From assembly GCA_032718475.1 (NCBI GenBank), contig JAUCBJ010008604.1, forward strand, positions 1 to 64,000: DNA of 64,000 bases. The letters run 5' to 3'. Origin of the DNA: Nemertoderma westbladi (Eukaryota; Animalia; Xenacoelomorpha). Below, piece by piece: positions 47,115-61,661 of the stretch. The notes beneath the pieces were generated by a model that was not told where the DNA came from, did no database searches, and saw only the letters and a list, made by a program, of their open reading frames with translations. Both the position numbers and the translations under genes were made by a program. How positions within the stretch are numbered: the stretch's first letter is position 1; each line of letters begins with the position of its first letter.

Positions 47115-49427
47115 GACAACCCCAACCGGAACCTTACTCCATTGTTGGTTATAGCAACCCCAACCGGAACCTTACACTCCATTGTTGGTTATAGCAACCC
47201 CAACCGGAACCTTACACTCCATTGTTGGTTATAGCAACCCCAACCGGAACCTTACACTCCATTGTTGGTTATAGCAACCCCAACCGGAACATTATACTCC
47301 ATTGTCCCTCTGACCCCACCCAATGGTTATAGCAACCCCAACCGGAACCTTACACTCCATTGTCCCTCTGACCCCATCCCATGGGGTTCCGGTTGGAGTT
47401 GCTATAAAGCAACCCCAACCGGAACCTTATACTCCATTGTCCCTCTGACCCCACCCAATGGTTGTAGCAACCCCAACCGGAACCTTACACTCCATTGTCC
47501 CTCTGACCCCACCCAATGGTTATAGCAACCCCAACCGGAACCTTACACTCCATTGTCCCTCTGGCCCCATCCCATGGGGTTCCGGTTGGGGTTGCTATAA
47601 AGCAACCCCAACCGGAACCTTATACTCCATTGTCCCTCTGACCCCACCCAATGGTTATAGCAACCCCAACCGGAACCTTACACTCCATTGTCCCTCTGAC
47701 CCCACCCGATGGTTATAGCAACCCCAACCGGAACCTTAAACTCCATTGTCCCTCTGACACCATCCAATGGTTATAGCAACCCCAACCGGAACCTCACACT
47801 CCATTGTCCCTCTGACACCATCCAATGGTTATAGCAACCACAACCGGAACCTTACACTCCATTGTTGGTTATAGCAACCCCAACCTGAACCTTACACTCC
47901 ATTGATAGTTATAGCAACCCCAACCGGAACCTTAAACTCCATTGTCCCTCTGACCCCACCCAATGGTTATAGCAACCCCAACCGGAACCTCACACTCCAT
48001 TGTCCCTCTGACACCATCCAATGGTTATAGCAACCCCAACCGGAACCTTACACTCCATTGTCCCTCTGACACCATCCAATGGTTATAGCAACCACAACCG
48101 GAACCTTACACTCCATTGTCCCTCTGACCCCACCCAATGGTTATAGCAACGCCGACCGGAAACTTACACTCCATTGTTGGTTATAGCAACCCCAACCGGA
48201 ACCTCACACTCCATTGTCCCTCTGACACCATCCAATGGTTATAGCAACCCCAACCGGAACCTTACACTCCATTGTCCCTCTGACCCCACCCGATGGTTAT
48301 AGCAACCCCAACCGGAACCTTACACTCCATTGTCCCTCTGACCTCACCCGATGGTTATAGCAACCCCAACCGGAACCTTACACTCCATTGTCCCTCTGAC
48401 CCCACCCGATGGTTATAGCAACCCCGACCGGAACCTTACACTACATTGTTGGTTATAGCAACCCCAACCGGAACCTTACACTCCATTGTCCCTCTGACCC
48501 CACCCAATGGTTATAGCAACCCCAACCGGAACCTTACACTCCATTGTTGGTTATAGCAACCCCAACCGGAACCTTACACTCCATTGTTGGTTATAGCAAC
48601 CCCAACCAGAACCTTACACTCCATTGTCCCTCTGACCCCACCCAATGGTTATAGCAACCCCAACCGGAACCTTACACTCCATTGTCCCTCTGACCCCACC
48701 CAATGGTTATAGCAACCCCAACCGGAACCTTACACTCCATTGTTGGTTATAGCAACCCCAACCGGAACCTTACACTCCATTGTTGGTTATAGCAACCCCA
48801 ACCGGAACCTTACACTCCATTGTTGGTTATAGCAACCCCAACCGGAACCTTACACTCCATTGTTGGTTATAGCAACCCCAACCGGAACCTTACACTCCAT
48901 TGTTGGTTATAGCAACCCCAACCGGAACCTTACACTCCATTGTCCCTCTGACCCCACCCAATGGTTATAGTAACCCCAACCGGAACCTTACACTCCATTG
49001 TTGGTTATAGCAACCCCAACCGGAACCTTACACTCCATTGTTGGTTATAGCAACCCCAACCGGAACCTTACACTCCATTGTTGGTTATAACAACCCCAAC
49101 CGGAACCTTACACTCCATTGTTGGTTATAGCAACCCCAACCGGAACCTTACACTCCATTGTTGGTTATAGCAACCCCAACCGGAACCTTACACTCCATTG
49201 TCCCTCTGACCCCACCCAATGGTTATAGTAACCCCAACCGGAACCTTACACTCCATTGTTGGTTATAGCAACCCCAACCGGAACCTTACACTCCATTGTT
49301 GGTTATAGCAACCCCAACCGGAACCTTACACTCCATTGTTGGTTATAGCAACCCCAACCGGAACCTTACACTCCATTGTTGGTTATAGCAACCCCAACCG
49401 GAACCTTACACTCTATTGTCCCTCTGA
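47115..49427. repeat. Minisatellite of interspersed 40-bp and 59-bp units (GGTTATAGCAACCCCAACCGGAACCTTACACTCCATTGT[T or CCCTCTGACCCCACCCAAT])
   Basis: Direct reading; about 2.3 kb. Confidence 0.97.
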
Positions 49428-50432
49428 TAAAAACAAATCCATAATCCACAGTACCCAAATTATAATTTAACCAGCATTTTTCATCTATCGCTAAATTAGT
49501 TACCAAATTGATTTACAATAGGACTGTAATCTACAACAATTATAATTACATTAGGCCTACATGTAACCGCACAATTATTTAAGGCAATTTAATTACAGAT
49601 TGTTTTAGTTAGTATACAAATTGGATGGAATTTGGAAAGCAATAATAAGGCCTTTTGTAAAACGATTAAAACGCAATTCTTTCGGCATTTAGGTACGTAT
49701 GGTTTAGCAAAATATGAATGTGATTATGCGATGAAAGCGAACTAAATACATACCAACTCAACTACAATAATATCTACTATATTACAACTGTCATGTAATT
49801 AATAGTTTACTCAATAAAAGTACTGCAATGTTCTGCTATAAAATGCCCGTAGATGAAATAGTGCGACATGTTTACGATAATAATTTAAAGTTTACAGTAA
49901 ATATCTACAAAAACAAAATCCCAGATACGAAATAAAATCCTATTACCGTATAAATAAATCGCTATTGAAAATGACATATAAAATAGCGCTATGGGGAAAG
50001 GCAGTAATAATTAATGGGGTTCAGGAAAAAAAACAATGTTATCCAAATATACCAACATTATTATACCAATTTATCACTGTTTTCAATAATTTCTTTGACT
50101 TAAACTCGCCATGACATGAAGTTGATCAAATTAACGCATGTTTAAATACTGTACTAATTGATATTTAGGGGTTAGCACAACTCGACTGAACTCTGAACGC
50201 ATTGATTAAAAGTCACTTACAAGACATTAATCACTTTTAGATGTATAATTCTTACAAAATGAAACTTATTCTCACTCCTTCAGGTTTTTAATAAAAGCTA
50301 TAAAACTTTCAGTACCTAGTAGGAACTATAAATTAATTTATACAGAATAGAAAGAAGCTGTAAAAAGTTTAAACCCGTAATATCAATTAATAATTAAACG
50401 GAAACCACATCGATCTACTACAATCACTGCAG

Positions 50433-53400
50433 TTAGTTTGCTTGAACGGCCCTAAACGATAAGGCTGTTATAACCTTTGTATATTTGCTGCACCGATCTT
50501 GTCTGCTGACCCCGACCCCCCTACTGCCCCATAGCAACCGCATGTGCATCTCGGTAGCAACGAGTTCTGAGACGGTCTGATCGGCCTCGTTAGCTGGCAT
50601 CACGCTCTCTAGTGCGTGGGCGTATTGCAGAGCGTTGATGATCCAACAGCGAGAGTTGTTACTGATGCATCGGATACTTTCAATATCCAGTTGCCGTAGC
50701 AACGATTCCAGAGTATCCGAGTCCAGAAGAGAAGTCGTCTGCTCTTCCGCACCAACAGAGTTTGTGTCACGAGCAATAGAATGTTCTAGACTTTCCAGCG
50801 TCGCGTTCTCGAATAGTATGTGGGGTAGTAGATGGGGGATACACACTCTTTGAGACATTGGGGCGGTCTCTAGACTTAGATAGGCCGGTCTCAGTCGCGT
50901 CTCGAACTGAAAGGCCGACGTAGTGAAATGTCGTCGCAATATTTCCCACATAACCGGCAATTTCTCTACCTAGAATAATAATAATGTTTACATCTAAGGC
51001 ATTTATTTAATCATAGGATTATGCTATATTATAATATAATAGAATGGTGTTTGATATATTGCACAACGGTAAAGCGAACTTTGTTCCTATTTTTAACGAA
51101 ATTTATTCTTATAAAATTTAATTAATGGCGCAAAAGGATGCAAACACCAATTCTGTGCTAGTGGGTTTAAATAATTAATTAAATTACTCTTAAAATTTAA
51201 GGGAAGGGAGGAGGTTACAGAGGCGGTGTTTTCTAACCAAAACAATATAAGAAACATTTTTTCATGTGCGACAAATTTGCGCTTCAGAATATTTTTTCAC
51301 TTGCGACCAGCTTGCGCCACCCCATTCTCATTCTAAGAAATTGAATATATATAATGATAAAATATATCTACATACATAGTTACAGAATACGAGGATTTAA
51401 TTAAAAATTTATAAATGAACAACATATTCCTTGACATAAGAAATAATTCTCAAACGAGGTGTTTCACAATCTCAGTAGTGACCGATAATAAAAACCAAGC
51501 ACCACCCTACAGGCGCTACGAATGATAATTGCCGGCCATATTGCCATCGTAGGGCTGATCAACATGTGTATGATTTTGTTCTATAACCACCAGGTTGATA
51601 GATTAAACGTGTAGATGGTGGGGGGCTTAAGGCACAATCAAAATTCATACCTTTTTTGTGTTTAGTTTATTGTTTTTGGTAGAATAAAGTGCCACTGTAA
51701 CATATTCCTTTCCCTAAATTTATAATTTAACATTGAGACTAGACCACCCCCCCCCCCCCCCACATACGTGATGATTAACCTCAACCAATGACATTGTTCC
51801 TGAAACGATTTCTAAAACGCAATATATACCGGTAGTCTTGGTAATGCAGATGTATTATGGAATTATATGGTTAGGCCGATGTGTATGTATGTAAGTACTG
51901 TAGGTATGTGTGTACCCATTCGTATACGACGATCCTTAGCTAAGCTTACATTATAATCTAAATTACTTACGGTAAATGAAGTCTTCTACCTGATACTATT
52001 AGTATCACAACCGACGTTACGTTTCTTACCTGAGACAAAGTTAGTCCCGACATTAACGAATGGAAACCAAACAAGTTGCCTAGCTCATTTAACAGCTGAC
52101 CAGCAACCAGTATGAAATGGTTTAGAAGACGTGCCTTCTCGTGTGTTGAGCCCGAGTATAGAATAAGGGTAGCCACAAACAGTTTCATACTGTGGTATCT
52201 GAAACACAAAACCTGATTAATCCACCTCGTGTTGTCGCAAATACTTGATATTTTGTTGCAAAGTAAATATTCTATAATTCCATACAAGTAGAACTGGGTG
52301 TATAAGTGGTGTTTATTCGTCTGGTCTCCAAATGGGAAGGGTATGTAGGTACGCTTTATACGATTGTTGTGACCTTCAGCACAGCACACTAACAAGTAAC
52401 AATAATGTAAGACTCCACCTACAGTATATCGTGTTTGATAACTTGTGGCATGTAATAATACCTGATTACTAATAGCAATTAATATTAAATCTACTTTTAT
52501 AAGGTTTACTATATTTTACATATTATTATGATTGTACATATCTGGTCTCATATTAATAATAATTATTATTCAGTACCGGTAATAATAAGAAATTTACAAT
52601 TATTGTCTTTTTGCGACGATTATAGTTAATCTGTTTGGATTTTCATGAAATATATTATATTTGCGATATAAAATTAAATACTCTCTCCTCTCTACTACAA
52701 TTCCACAATTAAGCACAATCAATTACTACAATTACGTACTCTGAGTTCCCCTCTCTACTACAATCCCAGCTGACCCACGGAATTTAAAGCACCGCGCGCT
52801 GTAATCTTATAAGATTCTAGAATACAAGACTTGAAGTAAACAAACAGATAAAATCCTCCTACAGAGACAGGGGGATACAGTACTTGACGCAAATCCCAAA
52901 TTGGGGAATTAATATATCCTCTCATTGTTAAATTATAAATTTAGAGAAATAAGTGAGTTACAATGGCGCGTTATTCTAACCAAAACAATAAACGCAAATC
53001 AATAGAACATTTTACAGTTTTATTACCGTGAGTAATCACCGTAATTTTTCGCTAATATTCCCCTGAAGATTGTCACCCCCACCTACATAGTCGGTAATAT
53101 AATAATATTCTACCTTTCAAGGAGATCCTCTCGAATGGCTCGACCCGAAGGTATTTGTAGCAAATGAAACCCGGTGGAAAGTCCCAGAGAAACCAGTTGA
53201 CTTGGAAGGTCATTCATATGTAATAACTGAAATATAAAAAGAGATGAAAAGGTTGGTATGTTAGACATAGACAAACTCTGGACAGTTAGTGACAATCGAT
53301 ACCATTTAAGGATTTACGAATTATACCATGGATTTGTGTTTGTATGTTATGCATGTAGGTCGGCATTGTTGTACTTTATAGAAATCGACAAAGAATAAAT

Positions 53401-56400
53401 AGCTTTAGGTATAAGGTCAGTGTTTATAAACCAGTGATTAGCGCGGTATAGCTACGGTGCCAGTATGTATTAATGTAGAGTAAAGTGTTAGACAACTAAC
53501 CTTTGCATCTCCGTAAGTTATATGTTTAGCCAAAATCGAACAATCTGTTTCCAATAGACGACTTCTAACCATCGACATGGCGCCATCTTCCAACGGTTTA
53601 TTGTATTGACTAATTAATTCTGACTGGAAATTAACAGGGTTTAATTGCGAAGTGAGACATTCCTCGGTCTGCTGCGATGTCACGGCGTGAGTCAATACAT
53701 TCGTATCTGCATCCTCTCGGACGTTATTCTGTTCGCTTTTAACTACAGTAATACAGTCAGAAAATGTCACCGATTTCATATTTTCGGTTTTCTCGTGTTT
53801 TTTATTAATTTCTTCCAAACTCTCCATAGACGAGAATACTCTTTCTATTTGCGCATCTTTGTGGGTCTCCGAATAATAGTCCGAGGTCTCGCTCGAGTAA
53901 CTGCACTCACTCTCCCCCTTAAACACATCGAAGGGAGCCGCCGCATTGGTGGAATCGGGTGATTGGTTGCTATGCACTGATTGGTTGCAGTCGGTTGAAT
54001 TACCACTGTCGGATGAGTTACGACTATCTCGATCTGGAGTTTCGTCAGTAACTGACGTAGAATCGTGTGATTGGCTGATACTATTGGAAGTAGTTCCCTC
54101 TGATTGGTTAACATTTTCTGTAAAAGTTCCCCCTGATTGGTTAATATTGTCTGTAGTAGTCCCCCCTGATTGGTTTTCTGTATAAGATCCCCCTGATTGG
54201 TTAATATTGTCTGTAGTAGTCCCCCCTGATTGGTTTTCTGTAGAAGTTCCCCCTGATTGTTTAATATTGTCTGTGGTAGTTCCTCCAGATTGGTTAACAT
54301 TATTTGTAATTGTTACCCCTGATTGGCTAACATTGTTTGTAGTTGCTCCACCTGATTGGCTAACATTGTCTGTAGTTGTACCTGATTGGCTGCCACTACT
54401 ATCTGCAGTTATCCCATTTGCGGCAGTTGTACTGATGCATCGTGAGATTTCCTCGGGTGATGGTGTTTTTGTTTGCACTATAATAGAGAATAGGTAGGTA
54501 TATATACAATAATAAGTTAAAAGTAAAGACTTGGTGACAAGAAGGACAATATAAAATTTCCATATAAAAATATGACATGACTTGCTCCTTGACGACGATA
54601 GCATGACGGCATGATACATCATTATTTCACAATTCATCAGATGTTGTAAATTTCTAAAAAATAACATCATATTAGTATACAACAACAACAACGAAAAGTT
54701 TAGATAAACATCGTATTAATCTAAAATGTCTAAATAGATACTGTAATAACATACACTATAGACCTAAACTGACGTTGGCTAGCTCCTGACCTGTATTTTT
54801 TGAGGGGATTCTTGGCCCAAGAATTGGGTTTGTTGTTTCGGGAATGGAGTTTGTTGTTGCAATACTCAACGATCCCATCTCTGGTATGACGTCATACGGT
54901 TCATAATACGATGGTTGTCTAGCAACGGCAGGATTGCCCCCCTTAGCCTCGTATATAGTTTGATAGTGTAAGGACCGCCCTTCATAGGCCGCATATTTCC
55001 CGGCGGGTAAATCGTAAGTTCCAGAACCCGGTCTGGACAGCGGTTTCCTTGGTAACAGAGGCGGGGGAATGTCTACGTTCGAAGTAGACTGCTCCTTGGG
55101 AATATACGAATAATTGTGGGAATTCTTTTCCTTACCAATAGAGGGCGTATCGTAACTGGCGCCCTCTTTCGGGCCAATCACAGGTCGTGTGTAGCCGTCG
55201 TCTGTTGATTGGCTGAGCGAGGAATCCAGTGTAGCTCGTCTCCGTACACCGAGCTCGAGCCCGTGGGATGTGCCGATGGTTCTACTCTTGTATTTCGAGT
55301 TCAAGGAATCCGATTTTTCGATGTTAAACGACGACGATTTGCGGAAGGAATTCACGTACAATTCGTTGAGATACGCAACGGGAAGTTTACGATTCACCGG
55401 AGTTGCTGAAAATAACAATAATATATGTACAATAGTTCTGGTACTAACGTTATCAATACCCTGGACAGTGGACAATTGATATTAAATTAACAGCTCTTAA
55501 TCTGTTAATGTTAATTTTTTCTTTGGAGATTTCAGCAATAATTTCTAAATTACCCGGATATTGACAAGGAACGTCTTTCTTGCCTTTTTAAAATATCCAG
55601 AAACAAATTCACAAACCAATATTATTGCGCCGGACGCACAACTTTAAAAAATAGGGTAATTGTTAAAATTATAAATCCCATATCATTGCTTGGGCATGAG
55701 TAATACTGTAAGTGATAGTTGGAAGATTCGCCTTAAAGAATAGACTATATCATTTACGTAGCGCGTACCATGCCGGATTCAGGCACGATAGACCTACAGT
55801 AGTTCCACGAGTCATGTAAATCAGCTGTCTCTATCATCAATAATACATATTTCCACCGTTATAATAAGCCCTTAAATGTGAAACTAAGTTTCCCCGGCCG
55901 ACCCAAGGCTAATTTCGTTAACCTTTTCAAGACCCCTAGTCAGTTGTGAACTGTGGACCCCTACGCAATATCTTAGTGAACTTTTGATGAAAATTGCTGA
56001 TTTGGGGCAGTTGTAGCTTGTAGGTGTAGCGAAAAATAATCATTCAATTAGGCCTATATACTGCAATGATCTACATTGCAGTAAGCGAATTTACAATGCA
56101 ATCCTTGGGAAACTCTACGTAAATCCCATCTCGGCGAATTATCTCGCCCCAATATTGTTAAATTATCAATTAAGGGAAATGCGCAGGTTACAGTTGCACG
56201 TTAAAAAACGATAGACGAAAGTCAATAGAACATGTTAGTGTTAGTGTTAGGCAATTCCAATGCGACTCATTAATCTTTCTAATTAACCCTCTTCGATATT
56301 TCAGCTCTTATTTGAAAATAAATCCTTATATTAACTTTGATGATCGACAGATATGAAAACAGTTTGCCTTTAAAACAAAGTTAAATAAAATATAACGACG

Positions 56401-58029
56401 GACATTAGCCAGCCACTATCTGATTTTTATATTCCTATTGACTCAATTCTAAATATTCTCCCTAAGCCATTTATCTCTCTCGAAATTTTACCAATAATAT
56501 TTGAACTTTCAAATCATGAGCATTCTTATCTATTTACTAAGTCGTCCGAAGTTTATCACGATAATAACAGATCATACACACCTTAGGTGTGAACTCCTCC
56601 CACCTTATACTGTTTATCTGATATGGTAACATAATTATATTTGTTGGTGTTTGCGTGAATTGAATAATAGTGAAGTGATGTTTGATACAATCGAATGAAA
56701 ATGGACATATTGTATGTATGTAACAGTTCTGCTACGGTTCGAACTAAGTTAACAAATTTTGTAGGGATAACTTAATATAACTTAATTTCATACCAAAGAT
56801 CATATATATACAATAGTAATTATTGTATTAATAATTATGATATTGAATAAGATTTCCATGTCTATTACGTTTATGTGAGCTGCTATCGGAATGGATAAAG
56901 CGACAGACATTCAACCTGGAGGTCACCAGTTCGATCCTCGACAACACCGACTTTGTTAATTTCCCAACGAAAATACGAAATTACAATAATAGGAAACCAC
57001 TCATTCCGGCAAAATACAAATAATAAAGTAAAATTCGGGGCCTTGAATGATAAGTCTTGCCCAAGGCAGACAAGAGACAACACTAAAAACTGATGAAATA
57101 ACATAGACCTGAAGTCAGTTAGAAACTGAAACTTATTTATAACCGCTAATGTTTGTTTTAAAGAATGAGACTATACTAACCTATAGTAGCAAGATTCCTC
57201 GAAGATAAAGGAGTTTTACTTCCCACATGAAAGTTTACCAGAGCAGCAACAGTATCGAAACAATCGCCTTCAATCTTGTATTGTGGTCTGTTTTCTGGCC
57301 CATTGGAGCGGGTGTTAGATTTGTGAATGACGTAGTGGAGGATATCAATGTTGTGGAGACAAGTTAGAACGTAAGAGCCGAGTTGGGAGGAACAATCCCG
57401 AACTAGGAAATCACCTGACTTCCTAAAGTTTATAAAGATATATTTATTACAATAATTTATAATGAAATTATACTTTTTGATAATGTATAATAAGGAACAA
57501 AATATTACTATTAGGCCCTACAAATAAATATTATTTTAATTACCCATTGTTAGCTCAAAATAAACATCCAAGTTTATGGCTCATTAGGTGACCCCTGGGG
57601 ATTCGATATACTGAACCGGACTTGCACTTGCTATCAAATTTTTGCAATTAGTAAGATACATCATGTAGGAAGTGACAGCTTTATGGCATAACGCCTCTCT
57701 CCACATTTAATTAGTAGCAGTAAATTATATAGCAGTTAATGGTTGAATCAGTTTAATTAAGGCCACTTCATCCATGGTTGAGTAGCACTCACAAGTGCTG
57801 ATACATAGGTTCTCAGCTGCAAAGCAAGGTTTAATCACTGCGATCATTATTTATTCAGATACAAAACCACTCACTTCATAGACAATTCAGCTTGTTGCCT
57901 TGGCAACGGTCCGTGGTACCAGGCGTGGCTACGGAGGTCGTAATTGGGTAATTTCAATTCGAATTCCAACTGTTTTTTCTGAGTTTCCGATACGGTGGTC
58001 TCGGCGGTGACAAACCCAGGAAGGGCCCT
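50433..58029 (-). CDS. BCAR3: BCAR3/SH2D3 (NSP family) adaptor, SH2 plus Cdc25-like domain. Exons 57875-58029, 57181-57422, 54791-55405, 53501-54477, 53114-53226, 52030-52198, 50433-50969; 5' exon(s) not located
   Basis: DLRSHAWYHGPLPRQ, GDFLVRDCSSQLGSYVLTC, FDTVAALVNFHVG, IPSGRAIREDLLER, LGNLFGFHSLM, TEMHMRLLWGSRG. GT-AG boundaries have compatible phases. The donor at 54791 is one of several possible. Confidence 0.9.
51198..51717. mobile_element. MITE of a dispersed family with TTAAGGGAA... ends, in a BCAR3 intron
   Basis: Left end TTAAGGGAAGG...GTTACAGAGGCGGTGTTTTCTAACCAAAACAAT mirrored imperfectly at 51665-51717. Related ends near 11440-11500, 27205, 52945, 56170, 58128, 58985 and 60080. 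Confidence 0.55.
54070..54400 (-). repeat. In-frame coding repeat of 27-33 bp (NQSGGTTTDNI-like) within a BCAR3 exon
   Basis: About 10 copies of CCCTGATTGG-containing units; frame preserved. Confidence 0.85.
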
Positions 58030-61000
58030 CTGAAAGAAAAATACATAAACAGATATTTTAAAATTGTTTTTAAATGTATGTTTTTAGGTCTAGTAGTATA
58101 CGATAATATCTTACCCTTACGTAAAAATTAAGGGAAATGCGCGGGTTGCAGTGGCGGTGTTTTCCAACCAAAACAATAAACTAACTTTCACAATTTCACT
58201 TGCGACTAACTTGCACCATTATCTGTGTTATATTATAATAATGCTGTATTCCCGGTTGTCAGCAGTTGGACTGAATAAATTGCCTACGATTTGAATTCAT
58301 CCCTGCATTTCTTTCAAATACTGCACTCACAATGAATATTGATCGTCGTGAAATTGAAATAGCTCTTTGATCTAAGTGGCGGTAAGATAACGAAAGGGCG
58401 GAAATTGTTAACCAGCTATCTGCACATACCTAGTAACCTACTGGTCCAAACACAAACAACAATGAATCTCTTTACTCGGGGATATTATCAATTCTCAAAT
58501 GCCATTGAATTGAGCCCGAAATTATTATCTTCCATCTATCAGCCACAAGACAGGACAGGCTGACAGGCTGACCCGGCATGGTATATACTAACCGGGATAC
58601 CATTAGTTGACCCTTCTGCCCATAATAATTTCACGTATCATCAGGGTTCTATGGATTTTTGTCGATAAATTATTTTATAGACGAGATATTCACAGAGGCT
58701 GCAGGCTTGTTTTTAACATTAATGAAGTTAAACGTTAGGATCACCAATTTTACTAAATCAATTCATTAAGATGAGGTCACTTCTTAAAATTAAAATCCAT
58801 AATGAATGACAAAGTAAAACACCACAAACGCACCCACGAGCGCCCTATACATCCCCATTCCAGTATCCGCACCACAAACACACACACGGACACCCACAAC
58901 ACTACAGACATATACGTATCTATCTGAGTGTGCTTAGTTTAGAGGGCTTAAATATGTTATTCACCTTTAATTGAATTTAAAACATTAAAGGAAATGAGCA
59001 GGTTGCAGTGGAGGCGTTTTCTAACCAAAACAATAAACGAAACTATATTATTTTGTTTGCGTTCAATTTTCGCCTATCTGCCATACCACCCCGGCCTAGC
59101 TAGCTTCGTAACACACTCCAAATAAAATTGATGTAAAGCCTAACGTAGTAACTACTGTAATGCATTCATTATACTTCCTCTTGAACAAATATGTATTAAT
59201 TAGTAACAATATTATTATAAACACTAACATTTCGCGGAACACCATATAACAAAGAAAACGCTTTAGTTGCTGATGAAACACTGAAACATCCACAGTTCAC
59301 TGCCATAATCCGTAAATCTACACTATTAGAAAATACTCCTGCCTCACTAATTACTCAAAACTTTATTAAGTGACAACGAAATAAAAAAACATGTGGCCAT
59401 TATGTATCAGTGTCCTTCAATAAAACTGTAAGATTAACGGAAACAATGAGTCATACATAATCCTTCCCCAAGGTCTGCTGCATGTGTGATGTGTGACAAC
59501 TACACCAGAAGACATCCCATCAAAAAGCTTATGCGAAGAATATAATTAGTTGAAGCTGAAGGAAACTGGTATGTAGCAATTATAGTGGCAATAAAATGGA
59601 CTTACAAAGTTGAGCTCATTTCAATACAGCAGTAGTGTTTACTGCTTCTCAAAGTACAACGACCAGAACCAGAAATATCAATGAGAACACCACAGGTGTT
59701 ACTGGTTAATAAGCAAATTAATCCCATAACGTCTATACCCCTAAGATAGGTTGGGGGATTAGGAAGTGGCGTTGGAATATGAATAATATTATAGCCAATT
59801 GGAAGAGACATTGGCAGACAGTAGTAGTGGGGATAATGAGAAATCAGTTGTTCGGTCGTCGGTATTTCATTATTAAAATTAAGGCGCCGGGCCGCCAAGA
59901 TGTCGTAATCGTAACAGCTTTTGCAAATTGTAATATATTTCGTATCACGAATATGTTTATTTTGTTGCTAGGCAAACGTAAATTGTAAGTAGTGGATGGG
60001 ACTCTTAAAAATCAACGAAATACCTTAAAATTATGAATAAAAATAAAACCACACGCGCACACGGTGCTAGATTGTATCTCGTTTATTGTGTTGGTTAGAA
60101 TATCTTGCCAATCAGGGAGGACATGTAAGTATTTAAGGTCTTAAAAATTCAAATTAATTTAAATCGATTCAAATTATTCAATTTGAGAGATTCTTTCAAA
60201 AATATTACATTTTTTTAAACAAAAAAGATCAAGTTGTATACAATAACAATAACACACTAAAAAAGTGCGATTTGTTGTGTTGTGTTCTCATCCAGTATCT
60301 ATTTTCACCAGGTTCAAAAGTCCAAATCCCGTTCCGTCACCATCTTGAATTGGATATACACGACAATAATTCGTTTTATAAACCTATAAATTCTTGACAG
60401 AATAATAATTAAAACTGGCCGAATTTCATGACATCTGAAACCAAAGAACCAAAGAAACTCGAGTTATTGCCTATTGGTGTCGTGATGAAAAAGCTGAACG
60501 CTACGCGCTAATCCGTACTGAAGGATATACAGACTGAGTTGCACGCACTACTACGTTTAAAACGTCGGTTACTGCCATTTGTAATTTTATGGAATTACCA
60601 TCATAACATATCAGACGCTCCTACCTGATGCTGATGCAGAACGTCAGGCAAGCAAGCACTTAATGACACCCAACCCCGCCCACTCAACAAGAGACCGACG
60701 CTGTATCTAAATCTATCATTGATTGCCAATTACATAATGTGGCTGGTCCTGGTATCCGAGCGTGCTGATGCTGATACCCCCCACGCATTTACATGCGGAT
60801 GTAGTCCGAGGTGGTACTCATGAGGGGAGATAACCTTCCGGTTTGTTCATAATAAGGCCAATTAAAGGCAGTTCCTGTAGATTTATAACCTAATTCACAT
60901 AAATGATGAAATGACTTACAGAAATGACTTGTCATTACAAAGGCGATTGCAAACAAAACAGAAGCGCCAACGAGCTCATATTAAACTTGTACTATCTTTT

Positions 61001-61661
61001 TTATGTGGTATATATAAATGTAAGAGATGGAAAAAGATCAAAGCATAATTTCATGAGAAGCTCAGTATCTTTCGCTGTAAACATTATGAATAATATTGTC
61101 GATTACTGAGGGAGGTTAAGGTTGTTATTGGGAATCTGGGAAATCCAATCTAAGTGCATTCTGCGATCGGGCGTGGCCCAAGTGTGGAGCCTATGTTTAT
61201 ACCAGGCTGCCTCAGGAATGCTATACCGATAGAGACAATGACGACTTTGATACACATATAATATCGACAGTAAAAGCAATAATGACGGTAGTGGACGGCG
61301 CACCTGCGTTTATAGTCAAAGTTCAATATGTCAAACCTCTACCTATGGTGACTCACAAACTAATACAGCCACTCAAAGAACACCTGCGTGTGACATCAGT
61401 ATGATCTGTAAAAAATTCATTCTCAGTCAAATACGGCGACACATCACATCATACACATCACAAATCAATGATTAGCTGATAGATGTGTAGAGATACAAAC
61501 AAGTAAGATATGATGTCCCATTGTGATTGAGAAATCCGCTGCAACTCAGTGGGTGTCAGGATTTCACTTCTTATAAGTCCTACTGCACCAAGGAAACACG
61601 GAAGGAAGGTCACATAATGATCAAATCAACGATGTTAAGTTTAGTCGCAAGCCAAATTATC

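Noticed and set aside
47115-49427. CRISPR-like repeat-spacer pattern
   Set aside because: Only two alternative unit types; no unique spacers.
61103-61303. 66-aa minus-strand ORF as the BCAR3 first exon or a secreted peptide
   Set aside because: No recognisable homology and no supported splice link to 58029.
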